Of a stretch of 64,000 nt of DNA, positions 30,337 to 40,350 are shown piece by piece (within the stretch, counting starts at the first letter, position 1; every line of letters begins with the position of its first letter). The stretch comes from an uncultured Alphaproteobacteria bacterium (lineage in GTDB: Bacteria; Pseudomonadota; Alphaproteobacteria; Rhizobiales; Beijerinckiaceae). Both the position numbers and the translations under genes were made by a program. The stretch spans positions 36,216 to 100,215 of the forward strand of contig CAWFZD010000024.1 in assembly GCA_963820145.1 (NCBI GenBank), given 5' to 3'. The notes below the pieces were generated by a model, which ran no database searches, was not told where the DNA came from, and saw nothing but the letters and a program-made list of their open reading frames with translations.

Positions 30337-30365
30337 AAAGGTCGCCGCTCGCGGCGGCCTTTTTT
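30337..30365 (+). terminator. Rho-independent terminator
   Basis: aaaggtcgccgc-tc-gcggcggcc followed by T-run. Confidence 0.8.
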
Positions 30366-30452
30366 GCATTTGAACCAAGACGCCGCCATGTCAGCGTCGA
30401 TGCGCTGCGCGAAGCGTGACGCAGGTCCGGCGTCGCCGCGACGCGGCGACGC

Positions 30453-31085
30453 CTATCCACGCCGCCAGACGCTCGCCAGCCAGGGCTGTGCGCCAGCCGG
30501 CGCTCCGCTCGGTCTGTAATAATGCTCGAGTTCGACGAACCCCGCCGCCAATCCGAAATCTCGCCAGCTTTCGGGGGTGTGAAACACGCCATAGCGTCCA
30601 TCGCTCCAACCTTCCTGGCCCGCGCCATGGGGGATGGAGCTGAACAGCACGCCCTCGGGCTTCAGCGTAGCGTATAGCTCGTGCAGGACGCGCGGCAATT
30701 CGTAGCTCGGCACATGAAACAGCGACGCATTGGCGAAGATTCCGTCGAAATGGCAAGGAGGCAAATCGAGCGCGAGAAAATCCTCCAGCCACACTTCGCA
30801 ACCGCTGTGGATGCGCGCCATTTCGACGAAGCGCGGCGCTCCGTCGAGACCGATCGCGACATGCCCGAGCTCGGCGAGCGCCCTCAAATCGCGGCCGGGC
30901 CCGCAGCCGAAATCGAGCAGCGTAAAAGGAGGCGCTCCGCGAATGTGGCTGAGCATCGCCGCGATATTTTGCCTGACGTCGTGCCCCTGCGTGCCCTCCC
31001 AGAAGGCCTCGGCGCGCAGGTTGTAGTGTTGCAGCGTCGGGCCGCTGAACCTTTCCAGATCGTCAGAGCCTGCGCCCATTCTCAT
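30453..31085 (-). CDS. Class I SAM-dependent methyltransferase
   Basis: LLDFGCGPGRD, FDGIFANASLFHVP. Confidence 0.9.
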   Translation of the reverse strand: MRMGAGSDDLERFSGPTLQHYNLRAEAFWEGTQGHDVRQNIAAMLSHIRGAPPFTLLDFGCGPGRDLRALAELGHVAIGLDGAPRFVEMARIHSGCEVWLEDFLALDLPPCHFDGIFANASLFHVPSYELPRVLHELYATLKPEGVLFSSIPHGAGQEGWSDGRYGVFHTPESWRDFGLAAGFVELEHYYRPSGAPAGAQPWLASVWRRG

Positions 31086-31747
31086 GCCTCCGAACGATCG
31101 TCCCGGACTTCGCTCTGAATTGAAAAAATGTCGTAGGGCGGAGCGTTCTCCGCATTGGCGAGGCCCAAAGGCTGCGCGCCGCCGGTTTCACCGGACCGCC
31201 CGGATCGACGGCTCATCTGGGCAATTTCGCCCCCGTAAACATGGATGAGGACGGATGTCCGATCAGCCTGCGCGTTGCAAATCACCCAGTCCGAACTGCT
31301 GCCCGACGGGCGCGCCTCCACCGCTTTCGGCTGCAGCAGGCGGGACTCGCCAGCTTGCGCAAGCTTCGCCGGAAAGCCATCGACTTGCTGACGCGTGACG
31401 GCGCCGCGCGATACTCCCGCGATCTCCCAAACTTTGGGTTGAGCGATCGCCATGAAGGCCCCGCCACACAAGATCGTGCTCACTACGGAAAATCGCTCGA
31501 GCCCATCGCGATAAATCTGAAATTGCTGTCCCCCGGCGGGGTTTGGAACGGCGAACACCGTCGGCAGCCAGTCGTCGGTCGCGATGAGCCGCGTCATGAG
31601 ATCGCGGCCGATAAGGAGAATCTCCCGCTCGCTTTCGGCGAGTTCGACCATGGACTGAATGTCCCATATGAATCGCCTCAGCTCTTCAGGGACAGGGTCT
31701 CGCTCGATGACCCGCAAATTTGGATCGGCAGCATTCATCACGGTCAT
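31082..31747 (-). CDS. Cysteine/3-mercaptopropionate dioxygenase-like protein lacking the Fe-binding histidines
   Basis: DDWLP..FA.P.P...QQ, ERFSVVS, NA.ADRTSVLIHVYG match bacterial thiol dioxygenases; expected HDH reads AQP. Confidence 0.7.
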   Translation of the reverse strand: MTVMNAADPNLRVIERDPVPEELRRFIWDIQSMVELAESEREILLIGRDLMTRLIATDDWLPTVFAVPNPAGGQQFQIYRDGLERFSVVSTILCGGAFMAIAQPKVWEIAGVSRGAVTRQQVDGFPAKLAQAGESRLLQPKAVEARPSGSSSDWVICNAQADRTSVLIHVYGGEIAQMSRRSGRSGETGGAQPLGLANAENAPPYDIFSIQSEVRDDRSEA

Positions 31748-31878
31748 GGTCTTGAATTTTCCCGCCCGCCGCCGGGAGCGGTCAATGGCGCGGAACGAGT
31801 TGTTCGCGGCATTCGTAGGTTTAGCGTCTTTCGACGCCCTCGGCTAATATGCAAAGCAAGCCTCGCGCCAGACGACGG

Positions 31879-31994
31879 TAGAGCGCTTTCCGACCGAACG
31901 GAATCATTCGGTCGATAAGAAATCGCTTCAAAATCAAAACGCTGGAGCAAATTATGATCGAAAGAGTCTATCAACTTTTTCGGATTTTGCTTTA
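31879..31994. repeat. ~116-bp dispersed MITE/RIME-like element, copy 1
   Basis: TAGAGC...GCTTTA termini; internal hairpin cgaccgaacggaatcattcggtcg; similar to 34828 and 45310 copies. Confidence 0.8.
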
Positions 31995-32090
31995 GCCGCT
32001 CCGAGCAAAGGACGACGAGAGCTTATAGTTCGCGCTGTGTCATCTGGCGTCACGCCGTATGGCGACCATCTTGCAACGCGGCCAGCCACA

Positions 32091-32441
32091 ATGGCGGAGC
32101 GTGAAACGTTGAAAAGAGAATATATTCCCGAAGTCAGCGAGATTCGGATGGTGCGCCGCGCGCCGGATCACCCTTTCGTCCTGAGCGAGGCGGATAGCCG
32201 CTACATCGCGGATTGCCTTTTGGCTGTGGAAGCGTCATTCGAACTGCAGGGTTTTCCGGGTGTCGCTTTTCGGCAGATTCCGGCCCGCGCCTTGATCAGC
32301 CTGTTCATCGACTGGTGGCGCGGGCTCGAGCCGGCCAATGAAGTTCAGCAGGAGGCCCACGCGCGCCTGCCAGGAGCCATCCGTCTGCTCGATACCGCCT
32401 CCGCGTTGATGGAAGAACAAGCGACCCGGGATCGGCTTTAG
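32091..32441 (+). CDS. Hypothetical protein
   Basis: 116-aa ORF with protein-like composition filling the gap between flanking genes. Confidence 0.6.
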   Translation: MAERETLKREYIPEVSEIRMVRRAPDHPFVLSEADSRYIADCLLAVEASFELQGFPGVAFRQIPARALISLFIDWWRGLEPANEVQQEAHARLPGAIRLLDTASALMEEQATRDRL

Positions 32442-32485
32442 CGCAACGGGCTTTCGTTGAAGCCACACCAAGGCGGTCGCCGCTC

Positions 32486-33607
32486 TCAGTATTCTTCCCG
32501 CGCGCAAATTGCATCTATAGTGGCTACCGCCGCATCAATTTCGCTTTCCTCGACTGTGAGCGGAGGAAATAGACCAAGGATCGATCCCGTGGCGCGCGTG
32601 AAAAGCCCGCGTTCGGCGAGCGTCGCGCGCAATGGTTCGGCCTCTTTGGAGCACACCAGCCCCTGCATCAGGCCAAGGCCGCTCAGCGCCGTAAAGGTTC
32701 CGCGACGCTTGTAAAGCAGCTCGGCGAGTCGGTCTTCGAGACGCCAACTTCGATTTTGCACTTGTTCGAGAAAGCCCGGCGTCAATAGCGCGTCCATAAC
32801 AGCGTGCCCGGCCAGGAGCGCGGCGCGGTTGACGAGAGGCGGACGGGCGGGCGCTCCTCGCGCCACTCTTTGCGTGACGACAACCGCGGCCACGGGCGCG
32901 ACGGCCCCAAGCCCATGGTCCCCCAGCCCAAGCGCAGCGATCATCAGATCCGGAGTGACGCCCGTCCATTCATGAGCCCACAACATGCCTGAGCGACCGA
33001 AGCCACAAAGGGTTTCATCGAAAGCGAGGATGAGCCCATATTCGTCCGCGATCTCGCGCAGCCGAGCGAGCAGGCCGCCCGAGACGACCTCGAGACCGGC
33101 TCTCGTCCGAACCGGCGCAATCAGAATTCCGGCCGTCTTCACGTTGATTTCCGCCAGCAATGCGGCGTGATCATCCGTTCGGAGCACAACGATCTCGTCA
33201 TCGCCCTCGAGTCCAGGCGGCCGGCCTCCCGCTTCATCCGCAGCTTCGAGGCAGATGATGAGGCGGCGACGCTTGGGACGGCCGACGATGCCGTGGTAAC
33301 GACGAGCCATGTCGATGGCGAAACGCCAGGCTTCGGCCTCGGAAGGAAGCAAAAACACACGGTCGCCGAAAGACATAGGCAAGATTTTCGCGCTGAGAGC
33401 GTCTGAAAAAGCGGCTGCTTCCAGCGCCGATACCGGCGAGCTGACAGACTCCTCCGTGCCGGGCGCCGGTCGGGAAGGATTTTCCGGAAAACCGAGCATG
33501 GAGCCGGAAAAGTCTAACGGCGCCCGCACCCCAGCTAGGTCGCCGGCGATGGCGCCCTCGATGGGTTCATAAGGCTCGTTGGCCGAATCTGACGAGGGGC
33601 CGGACAT
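32486..33607 (-). CDS. Class III aminotransferase-like protein (ArgD-like) lacking the PLP lysine
   Basis: LREIADEYGLILAFDETLCGFGRSG, GVTPDLMIAALGLG (K replaced), GLGLMQGL, FPPLTV. Confidence 0.75.
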   Translation of the reverse strand: MSGPSSDSANEPYEPIEGAIAGDLAGVRAPLDFSGSMLGFPENPSRPAPGTEESVSSPVSALEAAAFSDALSAKILPMSFGDRVFLLPSEAEAWRFAIDMARRYHGIVGRPKRRRLIICLEAADEAGGRPPGLEGDDEIVVLRTDDHAALLAEINVKTAGILIAPVRTRAGLEVVSGGLLARLREIADEYGLILAFDETLCGFGRSGMLWAHEWTGVTPDLMIAALGLGDHGLGAVAPVAAVVVTQRVARGAPARPPLVNRAALLAGHAVMDALLTPGFLEQVQNRSWRLEDRLAELLYKRRGTFTALSGLGLMQGLVCSKEAEPLRATLAERGLFTRATGSILGLFPPLTVEESEIDAAVATIDAICAREEY

Positions 33608-33810
33608 GTTTCGCGCGCTGTTATGAAGGGGCCGTAGCCGCAAAGCATACATGAGAATTCAGGCGGCCACGAGATAGTGACCGAGCCGGGTCGCGCCCCC
33701 CGTGGCGGTGCAGCTGAACGGGAGCAAGCCGCTCGCGACGCACTGTGGATGGCGATTGACAGTCCCGCCCCCCCCTTTCGAGAGAGGAGGAGAGCGACCG
33801 TGGCGGTCCC

Positions 33811-34389
33811 CTATTCCTTGAGCGACCTTGGACCGCTGACGAACGGGCTGCCCCGAAGATAAAATCGCAGGAGGCGGTTCGCGTCCCGCGAGACGCCGAT
33901 CCTGATGCTCCGCCCGATTTCGCCGGTTTCGGGATCGCCGCGCCCGAGCCACAGAGGGCCTTTCCGGCATAGATCCAGCCTATCGAGCGAACGATCGACC
34001 CGTAACGCCGCGGTGAGCTTTCCTGGTCCTCGCGCCAAGTCGCGCAAGCGCTCGACGCCGCGATTGCGCTGCATGAGCTGAACGCCCTCGAGCGGCTCGA
34101 GCGCCCTGATCAGTACGCCGGCGCCGATCCCGGGCGTCTCGCTCGAGACATTCAGCATGTACGAGCTGCCGTAGGCGAGATAAATATAGGCGTGTCCACG
34201 CTCGAGATACAGCGAACGATTACGCCGGGTCATCCCCCGGTAGGCGTGCCCGGCGGCGTCGCCGACGACATAAGCCTCGGTCTCAACAATACGACCACTG
34301 GCGACGCCTTCCGGCAGCTCCAAGCGGGCGAGCGGCAGATGGTCGCCATCCTTGCGACGGCGAGGTTTCAGGCTGTCCGCTCGACCCAT
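33811..34389 (-). CDS. DNA-3-methyladenine glycosylase (MPG/AAG family); N-terminus looks shortened
   Basis: GRIVETEAY, GHAYIYLAYG, GVLIRALEP, LARGPGKL, RIGVS. Confidence 0.85.
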   Translation of the reverse strand: MGRADSLKPRRRKDGDHLPLARLELPEGVASGRIVETEAYVVGDAAGHAYRGMTRRNRSLYLERGHAYIYLAYGSSYMLNVSSETPGIGAGVLIRALEPLEGVQLMQRNRGVERLRDLARGPGKLTAALRVDRSLDRLDLCRKGPLWLGRGDPETGEIGRSIRIGVSRDANRLLRFYLRGSPFVSGPRSLKE

Positions 34390-34748
34390 TGCGCGCGCGA
34401 AGGCCCCGGCTCGAACGGATCGCCGAAATACTGGGTCTCGCGGGCCACCTTCCCATCGAGGAACTCCATGACGCTCACGGTGTAAGACGGCCGCTCGTCA
34501 TAGGTCAGGACATATTCGGTGACCCAGAGGTCGCCCGCGCCAATGATCCGACGCACCGTGAAACGTTTCCGATTCGGCTGCGCGGCGCGAGACGATTGAA
34601 TGTTCCGACGCCCGCGGATTCGCTCGCCCGATTGAGGATATTCGAGCACGGCGTCCTCTCGGTAAATCTGGTGCTCCGCCTCGAAGTCGTTGGCGTCGGA
34701 GGCGGCCCAATGGAGATCCAGAGCCGCTCGAATCCGTCGGTCTTCCAT
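34368..34748 (-). CDS. SnoaL/NTF2-like protein
   Basis: DAVLEYPQSGERIRGR, VSVMEFLDGKVARETQYF. Confidence 0.85.
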   Translation of the reverse strand: MEDRRIRAALDLHWAASDANDFEAEHQIYREDAVLEYPQSGERIRGRRNIQSSRAAQPNRKRFTVRRIIGAGDLWVTEYVLTYDERPSYTVSVMEFLDGKVARETQYFGDPFEPGPSRAQWVERTA

Positions 34749-34827
34749 ACCAAATCTCCTGATCATCGCCGCCGACGCTGAGCCGCTGCAAAGAAGCCAA
34801 AATTGGAGAACGGCCGCAGTTCTCACC

Positions 34828-34943
34828 TAGAGCGCCTTTCGCTCGAATGGAATCATTCGAGCGATAAGAAACCGCTTCCAAATCAGAATTATGGAGCATG
34901 TTCTTATCGCAAAAGCGCTTCGACTTTCGCGGAACATGCTCAA
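34828..34943. repeat. ~116-bp dispersed MITE/RIME-like element, copy 2
   Basis: TAGAGC...GCTCAA; hairpins cgctcgaatggaatcattcgagcg and agcatgttc...gaacatgct. Confidence 0.8.
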
Positions 34944-35158
34944 GGAGCCGGGCCTGCTTTAAAATAACGTCGCGCTCGCCGGCGTCGTAAAGAGGAGCGC
35001 AACACCGGCGAAGACAGTGGCGCCGTAGCCTCTTCCCGAGAGATTCGAGACCGACGAGAGATTGCCGATTCCGGGAATGCCGGAGAGGCTTATCGTTCCG
35101 CTGGTGTAGGACAGACCCAAATTTTTGAAAAAGCCGCATCAAAAACCCGAGCGACAGC

Positions 35159-35172
35159 TTGACGTTTGTGAA
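35159..35172. promoter_or_regulatory. Possible FNR/FixK box upstream of cyoA
   Basis: TTGACGTTTGTGAA versus TTGA-N6-TCAA (one mismatch). Confidence 0.35.
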
Positions 35173-35407
35173 GCGCAATATGTTCATCGAAATAGGCATT
35201 CGTGCAAACTCCGGAACGCGCGCGCGCAGGGCGGATTAAAGAAAATTTGCGGAAACGATGTGGACAACTCAATCCGTCAGCCTAAGTCGCAGCTAAGACT
35301 GCAAAGCTGACCGCAGCCGGAACTTCGGATTGAGGGGGATCGCGAAGATGCAGCCACAGCTGTCGCCTTACGCGCTTCTTGCGGTCGAGGCGAAAACATC
35401 TCTTTTC

Positions 35408-36247
35408 ATGCCGGACCCAGCTCCGCACTCCTTGGGCGTGCTTGACCCGCAGGGGCCTGTCGCCGCCGGCAATGCGCAAATCCTGCTCAACGCACTTGCG
35501 ATCATGATGATGATCGTCGCGCCGACCATTCTCGTCACGCTGGCTTTCGCCTGGTGGTTTCGCGCTTCCAACAAAAGGGCGACCTATTTGCCCAACTGGG
35601 CCTATTCCGGACGCCTCGAGCTTATCGTCTGGGGCATTCCCCTTCTCGTGATCTTGTTCTTGAGCGGCGTGACCTGGATCGGCTCGCATGATCTCGATCC
35701 CGCGCGCCCGCTCGCAGCAGAGTCGAAGCCGGTCGAGATACAGGTTGTTTCGCTCGATTGGAAATGGCTGTTCATCTACCCGGGCGAGGGCGTCGCGAGC
35801 GTCAATGAGATCGCCCTGCCGACCGACCGCCCGGCGCATCTTTCGTTGACCTCCGCCACCGTCATGAACATGTTTTGCGTTCCGCAGCTCGGCAGCATGA
35901 TCGCCACGATGAACGGAATGGCGACGCAGCTCAATCTCAAGGCGGATCGGCCGGGCGACTACCATGGCCAGTCCGCGCAGTTCAGCGGCGCCGGCTTTTC
36001 CGACATGCATTTCGTGCTGCGCGCGCTTGCCCCGGAGTCCTTCGCGCAGTGGACGGCGGAGGCGCGCAAAATCTCGGTTGGCGCTGGATGAAGGCGCATA
36101 TCTGGCGCTGGCGCGCAGAGCAAGCGGCGTCGCCGATATGCTGTTCTTGGCTCAGTCGATCGGATCTCTTCATGCAGAAGATTGCCGCCGGGCCGGCTCA
36201 CGAGCGAGGCCGGCCCGATGAGCGCTTCGCCTTCAACGACGGAGTGA
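35408..36247 (+). CDS. cyoA: Cytochrome bo3 ubiquinol oxidase subunit II (C-terminus frameshifted; end approximate)
   Basis: VLDPQGPVA, WAYSGRLELIVWGIP, QVVSLDWKWLFIYP, GQSAQFSGAGFSDMHF. Confidence 0.88.
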
Positions 36248-36250
36248 CGA

Positions 36251-38270
36251 GTGCTCGGCAAGCTCACCTCAATGCGATCCCGTGGGATCAGCCGATTCCG
36301 CTCGTCGCCGGCGCCGTGGTCGGCCTCGTCCTGCTCGCTGTCTTCATCTGGATCGTCGTCAAAGGTCACCTGCCTTACCTCTGGAACGAGTGGATCACCA
36401 GCGTCGACCACAAGCGCATCGGCGTCATGTATGTGCTGCTCGGCGCTCGTCATGCTGCTGCGCGGCTTCATCGACGCGATCATGATGCGCTCGCAGCAGG
36501 CCGTGGCCTTTCACGCCCCGGGCTATCTGCCGCCCGAACACTATGACCAGATCTTTTCGGCCCACGGCACGATCATGATCTTCTTCGTGGCGATGCCGTT
36601 CATGATCGGCCTGATGAACTTCGTCGTGCCGCTGCAGCTCGGCGTGCGCGACGTCGCCTTCCCGACGCTGAACTCGGTCGAGCTTCTGGCTCACCGCGAC
36701 CGGCGCGCTGCTCGTCAACATCTCGCTCGTCATCGGCGAGTTCGCGCGGACCGGCTGGCTGCCCTATCCGCCGCTGTCCGAGCTTGCCTATTCGCCGGGC
36801 GTCGGCGTCGACTATTATCTTTGGGCGCTGCAGATCTCCGGCGTCGGGACGCTGCTGACCGGCATCAACTTCGTCACCACGATGCTGAAGATCCGCGGCG
36901 CCGGGCATGAGCTACATGCGCATGCCGATGTTCTGCTGGACCGCGCTTGCCTCGAACCTGCTGATCGTCGCCGCCTTTCCGATCCTCACCGCGACCCTGG
37001 CGATGCTGCTCGCTCGACCGCTATCTCGGCTTTCATTTCTTCACCAACGAGGCCGGCGGCAACATGATGATGTTCGTCAACCTGATCTGGGCCTGGGGCC
37101 ATCCGGAAGTCTACATCCTGGTGCTGCCGGCTTTCGGCATCTTCTCGGAAGTCATCTCGACCTTCTCCGGCAAGCCTCTGTTCGGCTATCGCTCGATGGT
37201 CGTCGCGACCATGGCGCATCTGCATCATCTCCTTCATCGTGTGGCTGCACCACTTCTTCACGATGGGCGCCGGCGCCGACGTCAACGCGGTCTTCGGCAT
37301 CGCCACGTAGCGATCATCGCGGTCGCCACGGGCGTGAAGATCTTCAATTGGCTGTTCACGATGTATGGCGGCCGCATTCGCTTCGCAACGCCGATGCTGT
37401 GGTCGCTCGGTTTTCATCGTCACTTTCGTCATCGGCGGCATGACAGGCGTGCTGCTCGCCGTGCCGCCGGCCGATTTCGTGCTCCACAACAGCCTCTTCC
37501 TCATTGCGCATTTCCACAATGTGATCATCGGCGGCGTGCTGTTCGGCGGGCTTCGCCGGCTAGACTACTGGTTCCCGAAGGCCTTCGGCTTCCGGCTGCA
37601 CGAGGGCTGGGGCAAGGCGGCGTTCTGGTGCAGGCTCGTCGGATTTTACGTGCGTTTCTTCCGCTCTATGTCGCCGGGCTGCTCGGCATGACGCGGCGCA
37701 TGCAGCATTACGAGGTCGCGGAGTGGCGTCCCTGGGTTCTGGCGGCGGCCGTCGGGGTCGCGGTTTCCGGCGTCGGCATGCTGTGCCAGATCGTTCAGCT
37801 CGTCGTCAGCATTCGCGACCGCGCCGAGCTTCGCGACGAGACCGGCGATCCCTGGGACGGGCGTTCGCTCGAATGGGCGACGGCCTCGCCGCCTCCGGCG
37901 TTCAATTTCGCCTTCCTGCCGGACGTCAAGGGGGAGGAGCCCTATTGGGCGATGAAGCGGCGCGCCATCGAGACGCAGCACCTCGCCGCGGCCGGCGAAT
38001 ATCAGGCGATCGAAATGCCGAAGAACAGCGCCACCGGTTTCATTGACCGCCTTCTTTGCGACGCTCACCGGCTTCGGGCTGATCTGGCACATCTGGTGGA
38101 TGGTCGGCGCCGGGCTCGTCCTGGCCTATGCGGGCTTTGTCTGGTTCGCCTGGCGCGACGAGGACGAATACGCAATTCCGGCGAGCGAGGTTGAACGCAT
38201 AGACGGCGAGAGGCGACGCGCGCGAGAAGAATGGCTGGCGCATTACGCCAATGCGGGCGAGGCGCCATGA
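36251..38270 (+). CDS. cyoB: Cytochrome bo3 ubiquinol oxidase subunit I, broken by about ten frameshifts
   Basis: Consecutive fragments in alternating frames: [72 protein letters not shown]. Confidence 0.9.
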
Positions 38271-38917
38271 CGGCGACAGCGACAATCACCCTGCCCAGTG
38301 CGCCGGGACTCTATGCGGGAGCCGAGGCGCCCGGCCATGGCGAAGGCGGGCCCGCCTCGAAGCGCGTGATCGTCGGCTACGGCTTCTGGATTTTCCTGCT
38401 CAGCGACATCGTCATGTTCTCCGCATTCTTCGCGGCGCATGCGGTGTTGCAGAGCGCGACCGACGGCGGCCCCTCCGGCGCGGAGCTCTTCCATGCGCGG
38501 AACGTCGCGATCGAGACCGCCTGTCTACTTTTGTCGAGTTTCACCTGCGGCCTTTCGGCGGTCGGCGCCGAGGCGCGCCGCATGATCTGGACGCAGGCGG
38601 CGCTGCTCGTGACCGGACTGCTTGGCTTGGCCTTTCTCCTGCTGGAGCTGCGCGAGTTCACGGCGATGATTGCAGCCAATGCCGGTCCGCAGCGCAGCGC
38701 GTTTCTCTCGTCCTTCTTCGCGCTCGTCGGCTGTCACGGCGCGCATGTGAGCGTCGGGCTGTTGTGGCTCGGCACGATGATGGCGCAGCTCTTCATCAAG
38801 GGCTTTCGCGCCGACATCCAGCGTCGGCTGCTTTGCTTCAATCTGTTCTGGCACATGCTCGACATCGTCTGGGTGGCGATTTTCACGCTGGTTTATCTCG
38901 TCGGAGGCGCGCGATGA
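38267..38917 (+). CDS. cyoC: Cytochrome bo3 ubiquinol oxidase subunit III
   Basis: GFWIFLLSD, ETACLLLSSFTCG, SAFLSSFFALVGCHGAHV, FWHMLDIVW; ATGA overlaps on both sides. Confidence 0.93.
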   Translation: MTATATITLPSAPGLYAGAEAPGHGEGGPASKRVIVGYGFWIFLLSDIVMFSAFFAAHAVLQSATDGGPSGAELFHARNVAIETACLLLSSFTCGLSAVGAEARRMIWTQAALLVTGLLGLAFLLLELREFTAMIAANAGPQRSAFLSSFFALVGCHGAHVSVGLLWLGTMMAQLFIKGFRADIQRRLLCFNLFWHMLDIVWVAIFTLVYLVGGAR

Positions 38918-40041
38918 CGGTCGAGACCGGACGGGACGCCGCGCCCGGCGACACAGGCGCCATGGACGCCGAGCGCGAAAGCGTCTCGGAAGGCGTACTG
39001 ACCTATCTGATCGGTCTCGCTCTATCGGCGCTGCTGACGGCCGCGGCGTTTTACTTCGCCCAATCGCATTGGATATGGGGGCCGAGCATCCCGGTCGCGC
39101 TTTCGGTGCTCGCCATTGCGCAGATCGGGGTGCATCTCGTGTTCTTCCTGCATCTCACGACCGCACCCGACAATGTGAACAACACTTTGGCGCTGGCCTT
39201 CGGCACGCTGATCGTCGCGCTCGTGATCGGCGGCACGCTTTGGATCATGTATCATATGAACATGAACATGCCGCCGATGGAGCGTATGCCGACGCCCCTC
39301 GCCGCGGTCGCCCATTATCGGACGGCGACGGGCGTCGTCGAAGCCGCGAGCCCCGCGCCCGTCGAGGCGCAAGTCGCTGGAAGAATTCAATCGGCGGAGT
39401 GCGAAGCGGGGACGCGGGTCAAAAAGGGCCAGCCCTGCGCCACGATCGACGCCCCGTCCCTTGGACATTCGGTCTTGGAGAGCGAGCGCCGTTTGCGCGC
39501 GGCGCAAGCGCGCCTGGACCAGGATCAGGCGGCCCTCGCTTCGGCGCAGGCCTCGCTCAATCGAAGCGAAGCGCTTTCACCGCGGCGCGCTGCGGGACTG
39601 AAGAAGATCGCGGAGGCGGCGCAGAAGCGTCTGGATCAGGACTCGAGCAAGGTTTCGGAGCTTGAACATGCGCTCGAGGTCGCAACGGCCAAGCTCGCCG
39701 ACACGCGGATCCTGGCGCCGATCGATGGCGTGGTGCTGACGCGCAATGTCGAGCCGGGCCAGACCGTAGCTCCGACGACGCGCCGCCCGCTCTTCGTCTT
39801 CGCGCCGGATGCGGTCGAAATCAAAGCCTCGGTCTCCGGACCTATCGCCGCGGCGCTGAAAGCGGGCGAGAAGATTGCCTTCGCCGTCGACCAGCTTCAA
39901 GGGCGGAGCTTCGACGGCGAAATCATCCGCGTCGCGCCCGGGCACGGCGCGGAGCCCGCCGAAGTCGTCGTCCTCGCGCCAGACCCGCATGCCGCGCTGA
40001 AGCCGGGCATGAGAGCAACGATCAAATTGCCTGCTGAATGA
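38914..40041 (+). CDS. cyoD: Cytochrome bo3 subunit IV fused to an RND/HlyD-type membrane-fusion (periplasmic adaptor) domain
   Basis: YLIGLALSALLT...AIAQIGVHLVFFLHL...GTLWIMYHMN, then in frame VEAQVAGRI...GTRVKKGQ, coiled coil, ILAPIDGVVLTRNVEPGQTV, LKPGMRATI. Confidence 0.85.
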   Translation: MTVETGRDAAPGDTGAMDAERESVSEGVLTYLIGLALSALLTAAAFYFAQSHWIWGPSIPVALSVLAIAQIGVHLVFFLHLTTAPDNVNNTLALAFGTLIVALVIGGTLWIMYHMNMNMPPMERMPTPLAAVAHYRTATGVVEAASPAPVEAQVAGRIQSAECEAGTRVKKGQPCATIDAPSLGHSVLESERRLRAAQARLDQDQAALASAQASLNRSEALSPRRAAGLKKIAEAAQKRLDQDSSKVSELEHALEVATAKLADTRILAPIDGVVLTRNVEPGQTVAPTTRRPLFVFAPDAVEIKASVSGPIAAALKAGEKIAFAVDQLQGRSFDGEIIRVAPGHGAEPAEVVVLAPDPHAALKPGMRATIKLPAE

Positions 40042-40350
40042 CCAAGTGGGCGGGTCGAGGATGGAGCGTCAAAGCAGCGCGCCGCCATCGCATTGCTGAA
40101 ACGGCGGCGGACGCCGAAGCCGGCGCCTGCCTCGGCATCATGCCCGAGCTCGATCCGGAAAAGGTCATCGCGGAGCGTCAGCCGCAAAAGGCGCGCGGCC
40201 TATACTAGAGACTCTCGTATCCGGCGCTATCCTTCTTCAGGCGAGCGCGGCGGACGTTTCGAGGCGGCGGCTCCGCATGCTGAGGGCGGCGCGCCGACTC
40301 GACGCGAAGCGCCGCCGGTCGCCATCGATCCGCCGATAGGGATAGGGCGC

